Below, in pieces: positions 24,018 through 35,544 of a stretch of 64,000 nucleotides of DNA. Positions within the stretch are counted from its first letter, which is position 1. Every line of letters starts with the position of its first letter. The notes beneath the pieces were generated by a model. It made no database searches and was not told where the DNA came from. It was given only the letters and a program-made list of their open reading frames with translations. A program made the translations under genes and the position numbers. Source of the stretch: Narcine bancroftii (taxonomy: Eukaryota); assembly GCF_036971445.1 (NCBI RefSeq), contig NC_091474.1, forward strand, positions 216,442,001 through 216,506,000, given 5' to 3'.

Positions 24018-25810
24018 GACTCAAAATGTTCCCCTACACATACTTCTGTCACCTATTCCGTCACATGCCCTCATAGGAGATCCATTATTGCACTCTCTCT
24101 AGTTGGTACCTCTATATATTGATTTAGAAAACTTTCCTGAATACATTTGCCAAATTCAAAGCCATCCAGTTCTTTTACAGTGTTGATGTCTTGGTCAATA
24201 TTGTATGTGGAAAGTTAAAATCTCCTACTATCGCAACCTTACATTTCCGACAGCTGTCTGCTATCTCTCTACAGATGTGTCCCCCAATTCTCTCTGACTA
24301 TTGGGCAGTCTATAATGCAACCCCATGAGTGTAGTCATAAGTTTCCTGTTTCTCAACTCCACCATATAGCTTCAGTAGATGCGGCCTCTGGTCTATTCTG
24401 CCTGAGCACAGCTGTGATATTTTCCCTGATGAGCAATGCCACTCTTCTCCCCTTTCATCCCCTCCATTCTATCAAGTCTAAAGCCACGGAAGTCTAGAAC
24501 ATTGAGCTGAGTTGCCAGTCCTGCCCCTCCTACAACTTAGTTTTACTAATGGCCACAATGTCATAATTCCACATGCCAATCCATGCTTTAAGCTCGCCTG
24601 CAATACTCCTTGCTTTGAAATAGATGCACGAAAATATTTCCATCACACACAACCTGTTGACTTCTAAGAGTGCATGCAATTTTAACATCATCCTTTCCCT
24701 CCTCCTTTACCTGCTTTGGCACTTTTATTCCCCTCCCTTCATATTTAATTTAAACCCACTGGAGCAGCACGCACAAATCTTTCCAAGGTATATAAATCCC
24801 TTTCTAGTTCAGATGCAAACTGTCCAGTCAGAACAGTTCCACTTTCCATAGAAAGAGCCCAATGATCCAGAAATATGAATCTCTCTCTCCAAAACCATGT
24901 CTTTAGTTATGTGTTAAGCTGCATTATCCTTCAATTTCTAGTATCACTAGCACATGGCATGGGTGGCAATCCTGAGATCACTACCCTGGAGGTCCTGCCC
25001 TTAAATCTAACATCCAACTCCCTGAACTCTCCTCGCAGGAATCCTCACCCATTCTACCCACATTATTGGTCCCTACCTAGATCACAAAATTTGGCTGTTC
25101 ACCCTCCCTCCTTAGAATGCTGTAAACTTGTTCTGAGATATTTCGGATCCAGGGAGACAAGGTGCAATCTGGGATACCTGATCTCTTCCACAAAACCTCT
25201 TAAATGTCCCCCTAACTATAAAATCCCCTATCACTACAGCTCAGCTCTTCTCCTCCCTTCCTTTCATAACCACAAGACCAAACTCTGTGCCAGAGACTGG
25301 ATCTCCATGGCTTGTCCCTGGTAGGTTATATTCTCCCTCCCAAATAATATCCAAAATGGTATTCTTGTTATCGAGGGGGCCGGACAGAGGGGTTCTCTGC
25401 ACTGCTTGCCTATTCCCTCTCCTGACTATCACTCTTGCTCCTGCCTCCTAGGTTTGAAAGTGTCCTCGTTATTCCTCTCTGTCACCCCCTCTGCCTCCCG
25501 AATGATCTGGAGTTCATCCAAGTCTAGCTCCAATTCCTTAATCTTGCTTGTCAGGAGCTGCAGACGAATTCATCAGGGATACTTCTGGCTTCCCTGATGA
25601 TCCACATTTTGCAAGAGGAGCATTATCCTGCCTTGGCTGCCACTCCCATGGTCTATGACTAGATGATCAAAATATATGATATCTAAAATCCTTCCCTTAT
25701 CTGTGTCTACCTACTGAGTTATTTTTCTTCCTCAAATAGGGTGGCCTTTTCTTACTTCAATGACTATTCCTCACCTTTCCTGCTCTCTCTCTGAAGCCTG
25801 TTGAGCCAAA

Positions 25811-26219
25811 GCCCACAGGAAATAGAATCTCAGGTTTATATGTATTTACTCTGACAATAGATCTGAAATTTTAATTTTTGAGGAAGAAGCTGATTGGTGC
25901 ACGAGAGGTCAGGTGACCAGAGAAACGGCAGCAGTTAGAATTTAAAAAGGGGTGCGGCAGCAGCAGAAGCTGATCAAAGGAAGAAGCTGGGGTATCTGCC
26001 TCAGCGCATTCTGGTGCACAGTCTCTCACCTTTATGGGGATACTTGTCTTCTTCCTCCAATCAGCTTCTGCTGCTGCCTCACCCCTTTGTAATTATAACT
26101 GCTGCAGTTCCTCAGGTCACCTGAACTCTCGTGCTCCAATCAGCTTCTTCCTCAAAAGTTGAAAGTTCAGATTTATTGTCAGAGTACAAATAAACCTGAG
26201 ATTCCATTTCCTGTGGGCC
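25811..26219. repeat. Long inverted repeat (about 185-bp arms, about 40-bp spacer)
   Basis: GCCCACAGGAAATAGAATCTCAGG...TTTTGAGGAAGAAGCTGATTGG...GTATC (25811-25996) is mirrored by GATAC...CCAATCAGCTTCTTCCTCAAAA...CCTGAGATTCCATTTCCTGTGGGC (about 26039-26219). Confidence 0.9.
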
Positions 26220-27120
26220 ATGCAGAAATTCTACTTATCAGCAGCGCAAACAAATGTACTAAAGAAAAAGATATGTATACAAAAGAGAAAAATGAAAACA
26301 AAGAAAGAAGTGTAAACAAACTGACTGTGCAAATATTGAAAAAAAATTAGTAAGTCTGTTGTTTAAGAATCTACTGGTGAAAGGGTAGCAACTATTCATG
26401 AACCTTGTTGTGCAAGTCCTGTGCCACCTATACCTTTTTCCTGATGGCAGCAGCGAGAGCAGAGAATGCTCCGGTGCTGTGAATCTTTGCTGATTGCTGT
26501 TGGTTGGGAGACCTTTGATGCGATGCAGTGGGCTGCATCCACTATCTTTTACAAGGCTTTCTGCTCAGAGGTATTGGTGCCTCTTACCAGGCTGTGATGC
26601 AGCCAGTCAATGCACTTTCCACTACATATCTGTTGAAGTTTGCCAAGGTTTCTGATAACATACCAAAACTTCTGAGGAAAGAGAGGTGCTAACATGCTTT
26701 CTTACCAATGTCATTAGTATGACAAATCCAGGAATGGTCCTCTGAGACAGTGCTCCCAGGAATTTAAATTTGCTCACTCGCTCCACCACTGTTCTTTCAA
26801 CAATCATTGTTGGGTTGAACACCTCCGGTATTCCCTTCCTAAATTCCACAATTAGTTCATTGGTTTTGGTGATATTGAGTGAAAGGCTATTGTTAGTACA
26901 CCATTCGGCCAAGTTTTTAATCTCCCTCCTGTATGCCAACTCTTCACTCCTTTATATACAGTCCCCTAATTTAGAATTATCATCAAAATTTGTAAATAGT
27001 TATGTTGTCATACCGAGCCGCACAATCATAGGTATAAAGTAGAAGCAGGGGGCTAAATACGCAACCCTGTGGTGCTCCAGTGCTGAGGAAAATTGTGGAG
27101 ATGTTCCTGCCTGTCTGGAG
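26158..27120 (-). mobile_element. Rex1/Babar LINE RT and 3' end
   Basis: STGAPQGCVFSPLL..YTYDC, YRREIKNLAEWCTNNSLSLNITKTNELIVEFRK, VERVSKFKFLG; tail CTGACAATAAATCTGAACT. Confidence 0.85.
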
Positions 27121-27465
27121 GTGATCTAATTGCACAATGGGGTATTGAGACCCAGGTCTTGGAGGTATGCCTAATGTTTTATAAAGTTGGGTCACAACTT
27201 TTCTTGAATTATTGATTTAATATTTAAGTGAAATAAGTGAAAAGTGATTTCTCACTCAGAACATTCAAAGACTTAAACTCCCTGAATTATTGGTTTAAAA
27301 CAGAAGAACATTGGATATCAGATTGAATGACACAAGGTGTCAAAAAAGAGGAAATTAAAATTTGTTGAAATCAATGGCATGGAGCATTGAAGTGGCTATA
27401 ATACAGCAATTCACAAATTTTGGGAACAATGTTTAATAATGTCAGAGTTACCAAATAGCTGTTAG

Positions 27466-27913
27466 TATGGTACATTACCGATTAACCAAAATGCTCGGAA
27501 CAGGATGCGTCCGACACTTCCCCACTGCCATTGCCAATCCTGCCCAGGCGCCCGAGGTCTCCGCTCCTATCTCAGGCATCTCCCCGCTGCCATTGTGGAA
27601 CCTACCCGGGAGCCTGAGGTCCCCGCTCTGATCCCAGCCCGATGGCATCAGCATAAGATAACAACAAAGAACAAGCGAAGGTTATTCAGGACAAAATTTA
27701 GTCCTTACCTTGAGTACGCGAGAGCTCTGTTGGATTCAAAGTGGTGCTAACAGTGCATCAGAGTCCCACTTGATCACAGCATGTAAAAAAGTAAATTCAA
27801 CTAATTTTCAACCTGGGATGTTAAGTCTCCAACAAAAATTTCCACAAATAACTGGAGTATTTTGGTAAAATTCAGATAATCAGAAACATATTGTATTGAC
27901 ACCATTCACTGTA
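27466..27913. mobile_element. Degenerate Tc1/mariner (Tigger-like) MITE
   Basis: Left CCGATTAACCAAAAT and right ATTCAGATAATCAG...ACTGTA resemble inverted CGATTATCCGAA subterminal boxes; GC-rich interior with a 62-bp tandem duplication. Confidence 0.4.
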
Positions 27914-28729
27914 AACCCTGAACAATTTCATTTTCATCAAAATTTTATTTTTATTTCTCCAAGTTGAATGATTCAGTTCAATGTATCTGGTCATATGCAA
28001 GTTGCTTCCAGGAACAGATGACTGTAATAAGTCAGTTATTATAACATTAGTTCTACTGCTGTTCTGTTTACATGGATATTTTAAAATTGTTATTTTAAAA
28101 GATAATATCATTAGGTTCTTTTACACCAGTCCCTTCTCTCAAAACACCCGATCAACAAATCTAATGCTGTTCCCTTTTTTACTAAATGGCCTGATCGAAA
28201 GGCATCAGTTAGCAGCATCAGCCTTTGCATTTGAGGAAGGTACATCTTGTGTCAAGGGAAAGTAGAAAGTGCAGGGGAAAAAAAAACCCAGCAAATCTGC
28301 TCCATTGGATGGCACAAGAACACTCGAAAGAAAGAAAAGACATATTGTGATTGATTTGACTTTCCTGCACAATTCCCTAAAACTTCAACTCCCTTAGGGG
28401 CAAAAATTGATTCCAGCTCAGCCTTCAAGATATTTAATGGTCCACAGAGCAAATCCCGCACTTTCAGTTCTTACTTCAGACTATTACCTTCTGTGCAATT
28501 TGGAATGAAGCATTTTATCATAAAGCACCCATAATGCAGCCACTTTGGGATTTTAACTGCGCCAAATGGCAGATTTTCCCAGACTGTAGCATGTTACTCA
28601 TGTTAATACTGCAACATATTTATATATCTATCTATAGATAGATAAATAGATATACATTTAAAGCTAACTGCAGTGTATTATGATTAAAATGCATTTAAAA
28701 TTTTGAGTACATATTGTGTGCGGCTTTGG

Positions 28730-31460
28730 TTACGCAAATACAGGAAAGATATCAATAAGATTGAAAGTGTGCAGAGAAGATTTACTCGGAGGTTGTTCAG
28801 ACTTCAAGAACTTCAGGGAGAGGTTAAACAGGTTAAGACTTGTTTTCATTGGAGTATAGAAGAAGGAAGGGAGTTTTGATAGACATTGATGTATCCACCA
28901 ATAATTCATGAAAGACTGAATTTTTTTCAATAGCTAAAGACTTCTTATTTTCTTTGGCTTGGCTTCGCGGACGAAGATTTATGGAGGGGTAAACGTCCAC
29001 GTCAGCTGCAGGCTTGTTTGTGGCTGACAAGTCCGATGCGGGACAGGCAGACACGGTTGCAAGGGAAAATTGGTTGGTTGGGGTTGGGTGCTGGGTTTTT
29101 CCTCCTTTGTCTTTTGTCAGTGAGGTGGGCTCTGTGGTATTCTTCAAAGGAGGTTGCTGCCCGCCGAAATGTGAGGCGGCAAGATGCACGGTTGGAGGCG
29201 AGATCAGCCCACTGGCAGTGGTCTATGTGGCAGGCACCAAGAGCTTTCTTTAGCCAGTCCTTGTACCTCTTCTTTGGTGCACCTCTGTCTCGGTGGCCAG
29301 TGGAGAGCTCGCTATAGAACACGATCTTGGGAAGGCGATGGTCCTCCATTCTGGAGACGTGACCTACCCAGCGCAGTTTGATCTTCAGCAGCGTGGATTC
29401 GATGCTGTTGGCCTCTGTCATCTCGAGTACTTCGATGTTGAAGATGAAGTCGCTCCAATGAATGTTGAGGATGGAGCAGAGACAACGCTGGTGGAAGCGT
29501 TCTAGGAGCCGTAGGTGATGCCGGTAAAGGACCCATGATTCGGAGCAGAACAGGAGTGTGGGTATGACAACGGCTCTGTATATGCTAATCTTTGTGAGGT
29601 TTTTCAGTTGGTTGTTTTTCCAGACTCTTTTGTGTAGTCTTCCAAAGGCGCTATTTGCCTTGGCGAGTCTGTTGTCTATCTCGTTGTCGATCCTTGCATC
29701 CGATGAAATGGTGCAGCTGAGGTAGGTAAACTGGTTGACCGTTTTGAGTTTTGTGTGCCCGATGGAGATGTGGGGGGGCTGGTAGTCATGGTGGGGAGCT
29801 GGCTGATGGAGGACCTCAGTTTTCTTCAGGCTGACTTCCAGGCCAAACATTTTGGCAGTTTCCGCAAAACAGGACGTCAAGCGCTGAAGAGCTGGCTCTG
29901 AAAGGGCAACTAAAGCGGCATCATCAGCAAAGATTAGTTCACGGACAAGTTGCTCTTGTGTCTTGGTGTGAGCTTGCAGGCGCCTCAGATTGAAGAGACT
30001 GCCATCCGTGCGGTACCGGATGTAAACAGCGTCTTCATTGTTGAGGTCTTTCATGGCTTGTTTCAGCATCATGCTGAAGAAGATTGAAAAGAGGGTGGGT
30101 GGGAGAACGCAGCCTTGCTTCATGCCATTGTTAATGGAGAATGGTTCAGAGAGCTCATTGCTGTATCTGACCCGACCTTGTTGGTTTTCGTGCAGTTGGA
30201 TAACCATGATGAGGAACTTTGGGGGCATCCGAGGCGCTCTAGTATTTGCCAAAGCCCTTTCCTACTCACGATGTCGAAGGCTTTGGTGAGGTCAACAAAG
30301 GTGATGTAGAGTCCTTTGTTTTGTTCTCTGCACTTTTCTTGGAGCTGTCTGAGGGCAAAGACCATGTCAGTAGTTCCTCTGTTTGCACGAAAGCCGCACT
30401 GTGATTCTGGGAGAACATTTTCAGCGACGCTAGGTATTATTCTATTTAGGAGAATCCTAGGGAAGATTTTGCTTGCAATGGAGAGCAGCGTGATTCCCCT
30501 GTAGTTTGAGCAGTCTGATTTCTCGCCTTTGTTTTTGTACAGGGTGATGATGATGGCATCACGAAGTTCCTGAGGCAGCTTTCCTTGGTCCCAACAGAGC
30601 TTGAAAAACTCATGCAGTTTGGCATGCAGTGTTTTGCTGCCAGCCTTCCAGACCTCTGGGGGGATTCCATCCATACCTGCTGCTTTGCCACTTTTCAGTT
30701 GTTCAGTAGCCTTATATGTCTCTTCCTGGGTGAGGACCTCATCCAGCTCTAGCCTTAAGGGCTGTTGAGGGAGCTGGAGCAGGGCGGATTCTTGGACTGA
30801 GCGGTTGGCACTGAAAAGAGATTGGAAGTGTTCTGACCATCGGTTGAAGATGGAGATCTTGTCGCTGAGGAGGACTTTGCTATCTGAGCTGCGCAGCGGG
30901 CTTTGGACTTGGGGTGAGGGGCCGTACACAGCCTTTAGAGCCTCATAAACACCCCTGAAGAACACTACCAAATAACCATTCACCTCTTTGACTGATCAGA
31001 GCAAAAGTAAAAGGGTGACGTGCAAGGGGCTATGGGTAGGATCGGTCATGGGAGGCACGTTCATTCGCTAGCAGCCAATCACAGTATAACAGTGGTTTAC
31101 ATACCAGAGAGATATTTAAAATTATGAGAGGTATAAACAGAGTTAATATAGGTCGGCTTTATTCCACTGAGGTTAGGTGAGATTCAAACCAGAGGATATG
31201 AATTAAGGGTAAAAGTGGAAAAGTTTAGGGGGAACATGAGAGGGAATTCCTTCACACAGAGCGTTGTGAGTGTGGAATGAATTACCAGTTGAAGTGGTGA
31301 ATGCAGACTTAATTTTAACATTTAAGATATTTGGACAGATAAATGGATGGGAGGGATATGGACTGGGTGCAGGTCAGTGAGATTAGGCAAAAAAAAAATG
31401 GTTCAGCAATAAGGTCAAAGTGGCCTGATTCTGTGGTGTAATGTCTATAGTTCTATTACA
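28730..31460 (+). mobile_element. Old CR1 3' fragment split by the RTE insertion (28730-28925 and about 31105-31460)
   Basis: YRKDINKIE.VQRRFTR...LFSLEYRR on the left; IFKIMRGINRVN, FFTQSVVS.WNELP and 3' UTR on the right. Confidence 0.65.
28941..30960 (-). mobile_element. RTE-clade LINE, 5'-truncated, RT nearly intact (one frameshift)
   Basis: ORFs 30120-30983 (GKAAGMDGIPPE, NYRGITLLSI, QCGFRANRGTTD, FVDLTKAFD) and 29002-30252 (GMKQGCVLPP, LIFADD, FTYL, LRWVGHV.RM); frameshift in a C-run near 30222; tail GCCAAGCCAAAGAAAATAAGAAG. Confidence 0.95.
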
Positions 31461-31574
31461 TTTCCCAGTGAATATGATGAGTTTAAGAGCATAGGTAACA
31501 TGACCTGGAAACTTCAAAGGGAATGTTTTGTGGGACATGGGCGCTCGCAGTGACCTTAAATGAAGTTCCATAAA

Positions 31575-31760
31575 AGGGGGCTAGCAAGTTTAAAAACAGC
31601 ATGGAAAAAGGACCCCAACAAGTTTAAAGCTACTACAGGAAACAGGCCTGGTAGTTTAAAATGAGGACAGGAAATGAGGCCCAGCAGGTTCAGGAGAAAC
31701 ACAGAAATAGAACCTTGTTAAGGTTAAAATGAGTTTCCAAAACAGGCCCTTAGCAAGTTT
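31575..31760 (+). repeat. Degenerate tandem repeat, period about 34 bp, about 6 units
   Basis: AGTTT/AGGTT anchors at 31587, 31621, 31653, 31686, 31721, 31756, each preceded by an AGGCCC.AGCA-like motif and most followed by a (G)GAAA-like motif. Confidence 0.55.
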
Positions 31761-32570
31761 TTTTTCAAATATTTAATTTATAATTTTCCACTCAAACTTC
31801 AACAATTGTCAATATCATAAATACCATTATCAACAATATCGACATTATTAACATTTCAATTTTATTAATTCCACACTAGCTTCTCATGGAGTTTGTGTTT
31901 CTTTTTATTCCTTTTTCTCCCACTCCCCTTTCCACCTAACCCCCCCCAACATTGAACACTTAACACCCAACTAATTATTCTAATACTCAATAATCAAAAC
32001 ATTCACAACAAAGGTATAAAATTTATTTTTTGGGGATTTATGGGTTTTTTGTGTCATGGAAGCCACTTCATAGGCTCCCTACCTTTTTCTGTAGCTTTTC
32101 CTGGTTAGAATAGGATGGATCCCCCGCATTCCCACACCATTTGGGGGACGAATGAGGAGGGTCAGGTAGGGCAGCAAGATACGGCAGTCCTTACTAAAAT
32201 TGCACCTCATGTAGTTCAAGGAAGGCTGCCAGATCTTCAAAAAGTACCATATTGTTTCCTTAGGTTGTAGATAATTTTCTCCAGAGGAACACAGCTCTGC
32301 ATTTCTATGTTCCAATGTTCAATACTCAAGTAGAAGTCAGACTTCCAAGCAACTTCTATGCACTTCCTGGACACCGTCAATGTGATCATGACAAATTGAA
32401 TTTGAAATTTGCATAGCTTCATTGTAAGTCTTACAATCATTATGTTTCCCTTGGTCCTGTATGAATTCTTTATCTATGATTTTTCCCAGGGCTTGGCCAA
32501 TTCTATCCAAAAGTGTCTCACCTTGGCAGGATGTTGCCTGGTTTACAGCATCTGGATTACAGGGAGAAAT
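31757..32570 (-). mobile_element. L1/Tx1 ORF2 C-terminus and 3' UTR
   Basis: RKCIEVAWKSD..IEHWNIEMQSCVPLEKIIYNLRKQYGTF.KIWQP; T-run tail at 31757-31766. Confidence 0.8.
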
Positions 32571-32574
32571 TGAA

Positions 32575-32965
32575 GAGACTGGAACGTAGATGACTGAAAG
32601 GGACTTGATAAAGGTATTTAAAATTATGAAAGGAATAGATAGACTAGACATAAACAAACTTTTTCCCCTGAGGGCAGGGGAGTTTGGAACAAGAGGACAT
32701 GAGTTTAGAGTAAGGGGGAAAAACTTTAGTAGAAATATTAGAGGATACTTTTTCACTCAACGAGTCATGGCAGAATGGAATGATCTTCCAAATGAAATAG
32801 TTGAGGTATGATCCCTTCTGTAATTTAAGATAAGGTTGTAAGTGTACATGGAGGTGAGGGGATTGGAGGGAGGGTTAAGCTAGCTGAGTTGTTCTAGTGA
32901 ATTGGTGCGGACTCGAAGGGCCAACATGGTCTATTTACATGCCATAAATGGTCAAATAGTTATAT
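32575..32965 (+). mobile_element. CR1 LINE 3' fragment
   Basis: RDLIKVFKIMKGIDRLD..TRGH..FFTQRVMAEWNDLP plus 3' UTR. Confidence 0.85.
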
Positions 32966-34494
32966 GATTTAAAAGCCCCTGTCACAATGCCACATCTAAA
33001 ACATTGGTCTGATAATTCAGGTTTAGAGCTGTTCACTTTTTGCAGTGTCAGGTATAGTTGGTGCAGAACATTTTATTGCACCAGCCTGTACCGTGCATTG
33101 ATGACACAAATCAGACCAGCACTGTTCTGAAATCGTCATTCCTAAGTCCGACTCCCACCTCTGTCTTGACTTGTCAAGGCCTGGTTAAGGGCCTTCCATT
33201 TGGAGCAAGAAATACATTGCCAAAATTAACTTCTGTGCTCCCCCTTCAAATCAGTCTCTATGTCACTGCATCCCGGGAAGGCCATAGTTGGACCTAATTA
33301 TCCTGTAGAAAAGATCTTATCTGAAGGTAGCAGTGAAACTTCTTATTTGATAAATTATACTTATTCCTAAGTTGCTCAAATGACATTAGCCGCCCCTGCT
33401 CATAACACTATTTTGCACACCTGACACCATTATGATGATAGGTGACCCTTGACATGTTTAAATGCAAGACAGAATACAAAGCCTCCATGGACCAGCTTCT
33501 GAACCACTGGGATATCTGAACAATTGTGTTGTGAGAGTGTATAGACATTGCTCTGTGGCATTTAAGAACAAGCTGTCATTTGTGTTTAAATCTTTATCTT
33601 AAAAAAATTGAGAAATGCTTTTCACCTCATCAATTAAATTGTTAATAAAGAGTGCCAGTCACATCAGAATAATAAAACATTTTGCAATAGGTAACAGCCA
33701 GTAATAGGTGTTGACTGCACATGCTTTGGTTTATACCAGGAACTGTACAAACTGTCAAAAAGAGATTATTTTTAGGACCCAGTGGAAGCCAAGAAAGAAC
33801 ACTGCTTCTTAAGCAACTAATTAACTTTTATTGCCCTTCACAATATATGCCTTTTGAGTTTTAAAGCCTCTATTCATAGCTAAATTAACAATTCCATCTA
33901 CATTAGATAAGCCATTCTCCACATCTCACTGCAGCAGATGTTGTTTCCCATTGACAACACAGAGCACGGTTGTTATGTCAGAGAATAGCTGAATACTAAG
34001 TCTCCTCTGCAGCCAAAGATTCTGTTGGTTTGTAATAAGTGTGTGATAGGGACCCATCAAAGAATGGGTGGAATTCCTTCTGCTACCCATTAAAAAAAAG
34101 TGCCAGTAAAAATAAAAATGACAACAATTATTTAATGTCTCATCTAGCTTTGCAGATTTTAAAATCAAAGGAATTACCTCATTCCCACAAGCTTAGCAAG
34201 CATTAATCAACACACACATTTCTTTCTAAGTCTGTACCCCAATATATCAATTGTTCTCTACATTTTTTTGTTAAGACCCATGAAGTGAAGTGTGTAACAT
34301 AGTGAAGAATAGGATCACAGTACACCGTGCTCATGTCGACATCCTGTTCATTCCCATCCTGTCCAATGAGTGCATACACAAACATAAATTAAATTACACA
34401 CACAAGGTAAATATACAAGGAGAGTCTGCATGCAGAGAACGTGAAAAAGTGTTTACATGTCAATAATAGCAAATACCAGAGGACATCTGTTTTA

Positions 34495-35410
34495 TTTTCT
34501 TTTTAAAATATTTTTATTGAGTAAACATGATAATCCGTACACAAGATATTAATAAAGCAAAGCAAAATAATAACATACATGAAATAGCATTAAAGTAAAT
34601 GCATAATATGATAAATTTTAAATTCCATCCCTTATTGTTAAATGTGCTTAACTGTTAAAATGATTATATGTATAAATCAGTTAAATACTATTATAACAAA
34701 TCACATTATACCTTAATAAAATCTGAAAAAAATGGATATTAGCCAAGATAATCATAACTAAACCTCATCAATCCATTTATGTAAAATAAAACCCCCTAAA
34801 ATGAATACTAATCTAACCCCTCCCTCTAATCAAGATGCAAAAGAAATACAAAGATGCTCAGGCCACGACCTCCAGAAGACGGAGGGATCAAAACTAGAGC
34901 ACCCATATCACCAAAAACTGCTAATTATCATAGCGTTCTATAAGTGGGCCCCATAGCTTTTCAGACTGAAACTTTTTATCTTCAATATTATACCTAAATT
35001 TCTCAAAGCATAGATATGACATTATATTGTGTAACCCCTGTGCACCTGTTATCTTTCCATTTCATTAAAACTGCTCGTCTGGCTATCAAAGTGCTAAAAT
35101 CTAAAACTTTCTCTTGAGATGCTGATAAAAGTTTATCTGATTCGCACAAAAAAAAACAAACAGGGCAGTTAAAGGGCATGGATCTAATTTAATTTTGAAA
35201 ATCGTTACAAAGAATGAAAAATATTCTGCTAATATCTTCCTAATTTAGGACACTCCCAAAATATATGAATCGGTGAGACTTCAAAAATTTTACACTTTCC
35301 ACAAAATGGATCAACATCCATGTAGAAATGAGATCATTTGAGTTCAGACATGTGTATTCTATGTATCCCTTTAAACTGTAAGAAACAATGCTTTGCACAA
35401 AATGAAGAAT
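34495..35410 (-). mobile_element. L1/Tx1 ORF2 3' remnant
   Basis: Minus strand CAKHCFLQFKGIHRIH, DPFCGKCK...IFWECPKL, LIARRAVLMKWK, EKFRYNI; AT-rich UTR and tail. Confidence 0.7.
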
Positions 35411-35544
35411 CAGAGGACATCTGTTTAAGGTGGGTGGAGAAAGTTTAGAGGAGATAACAGAGAAAGATTTTTGTCCTCTTACATAGAGAGTACTTGGTAC
35501 CCGAAATACTCTGCCCGGGTTACTGGTTGAGGCTGATACAATAG

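Larger units (their letters stand above)
22005..25640 (-). mobile_element. Fragmented CR1 LINE: ORF1, endonuclease, ORF2 pieces and 3' end, interrupted by two L1 fragments
   Basis: ORF1-like VRRGNRQAVQRTPL..LDNK (25241-25432); endonuclease motifs (VVAISKT, GGGVALLI, YRLPNS, VVAIVGDFNFPH, GSSDHN); ORFs 23113-23349 and 22349-22660 (YIKSKR, FSSVFT); 3' UTR 22005-22330. Confidence 0.8.

Noticed and set aside
25876-26157. MITE with TTTTGAGGAAGAAGCTGATTGG TIRs
   Set aside because: The inverted symmetry extends about 60 bp further into the LINE tail, so it is a fold-back duplication.
27709-27746. Coding micro-exon ending at a strong minus-strand donor
   Set aside because: Lies inside a probable MITE and gives no recognisable peptide when joined to the nearest acceptor.
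31575-31760. Repeat-spacer array as CRISPR
   Set aside because: Repeats are degenerate and the variable parts are too short; kept only as a cryptic tandem repeat.
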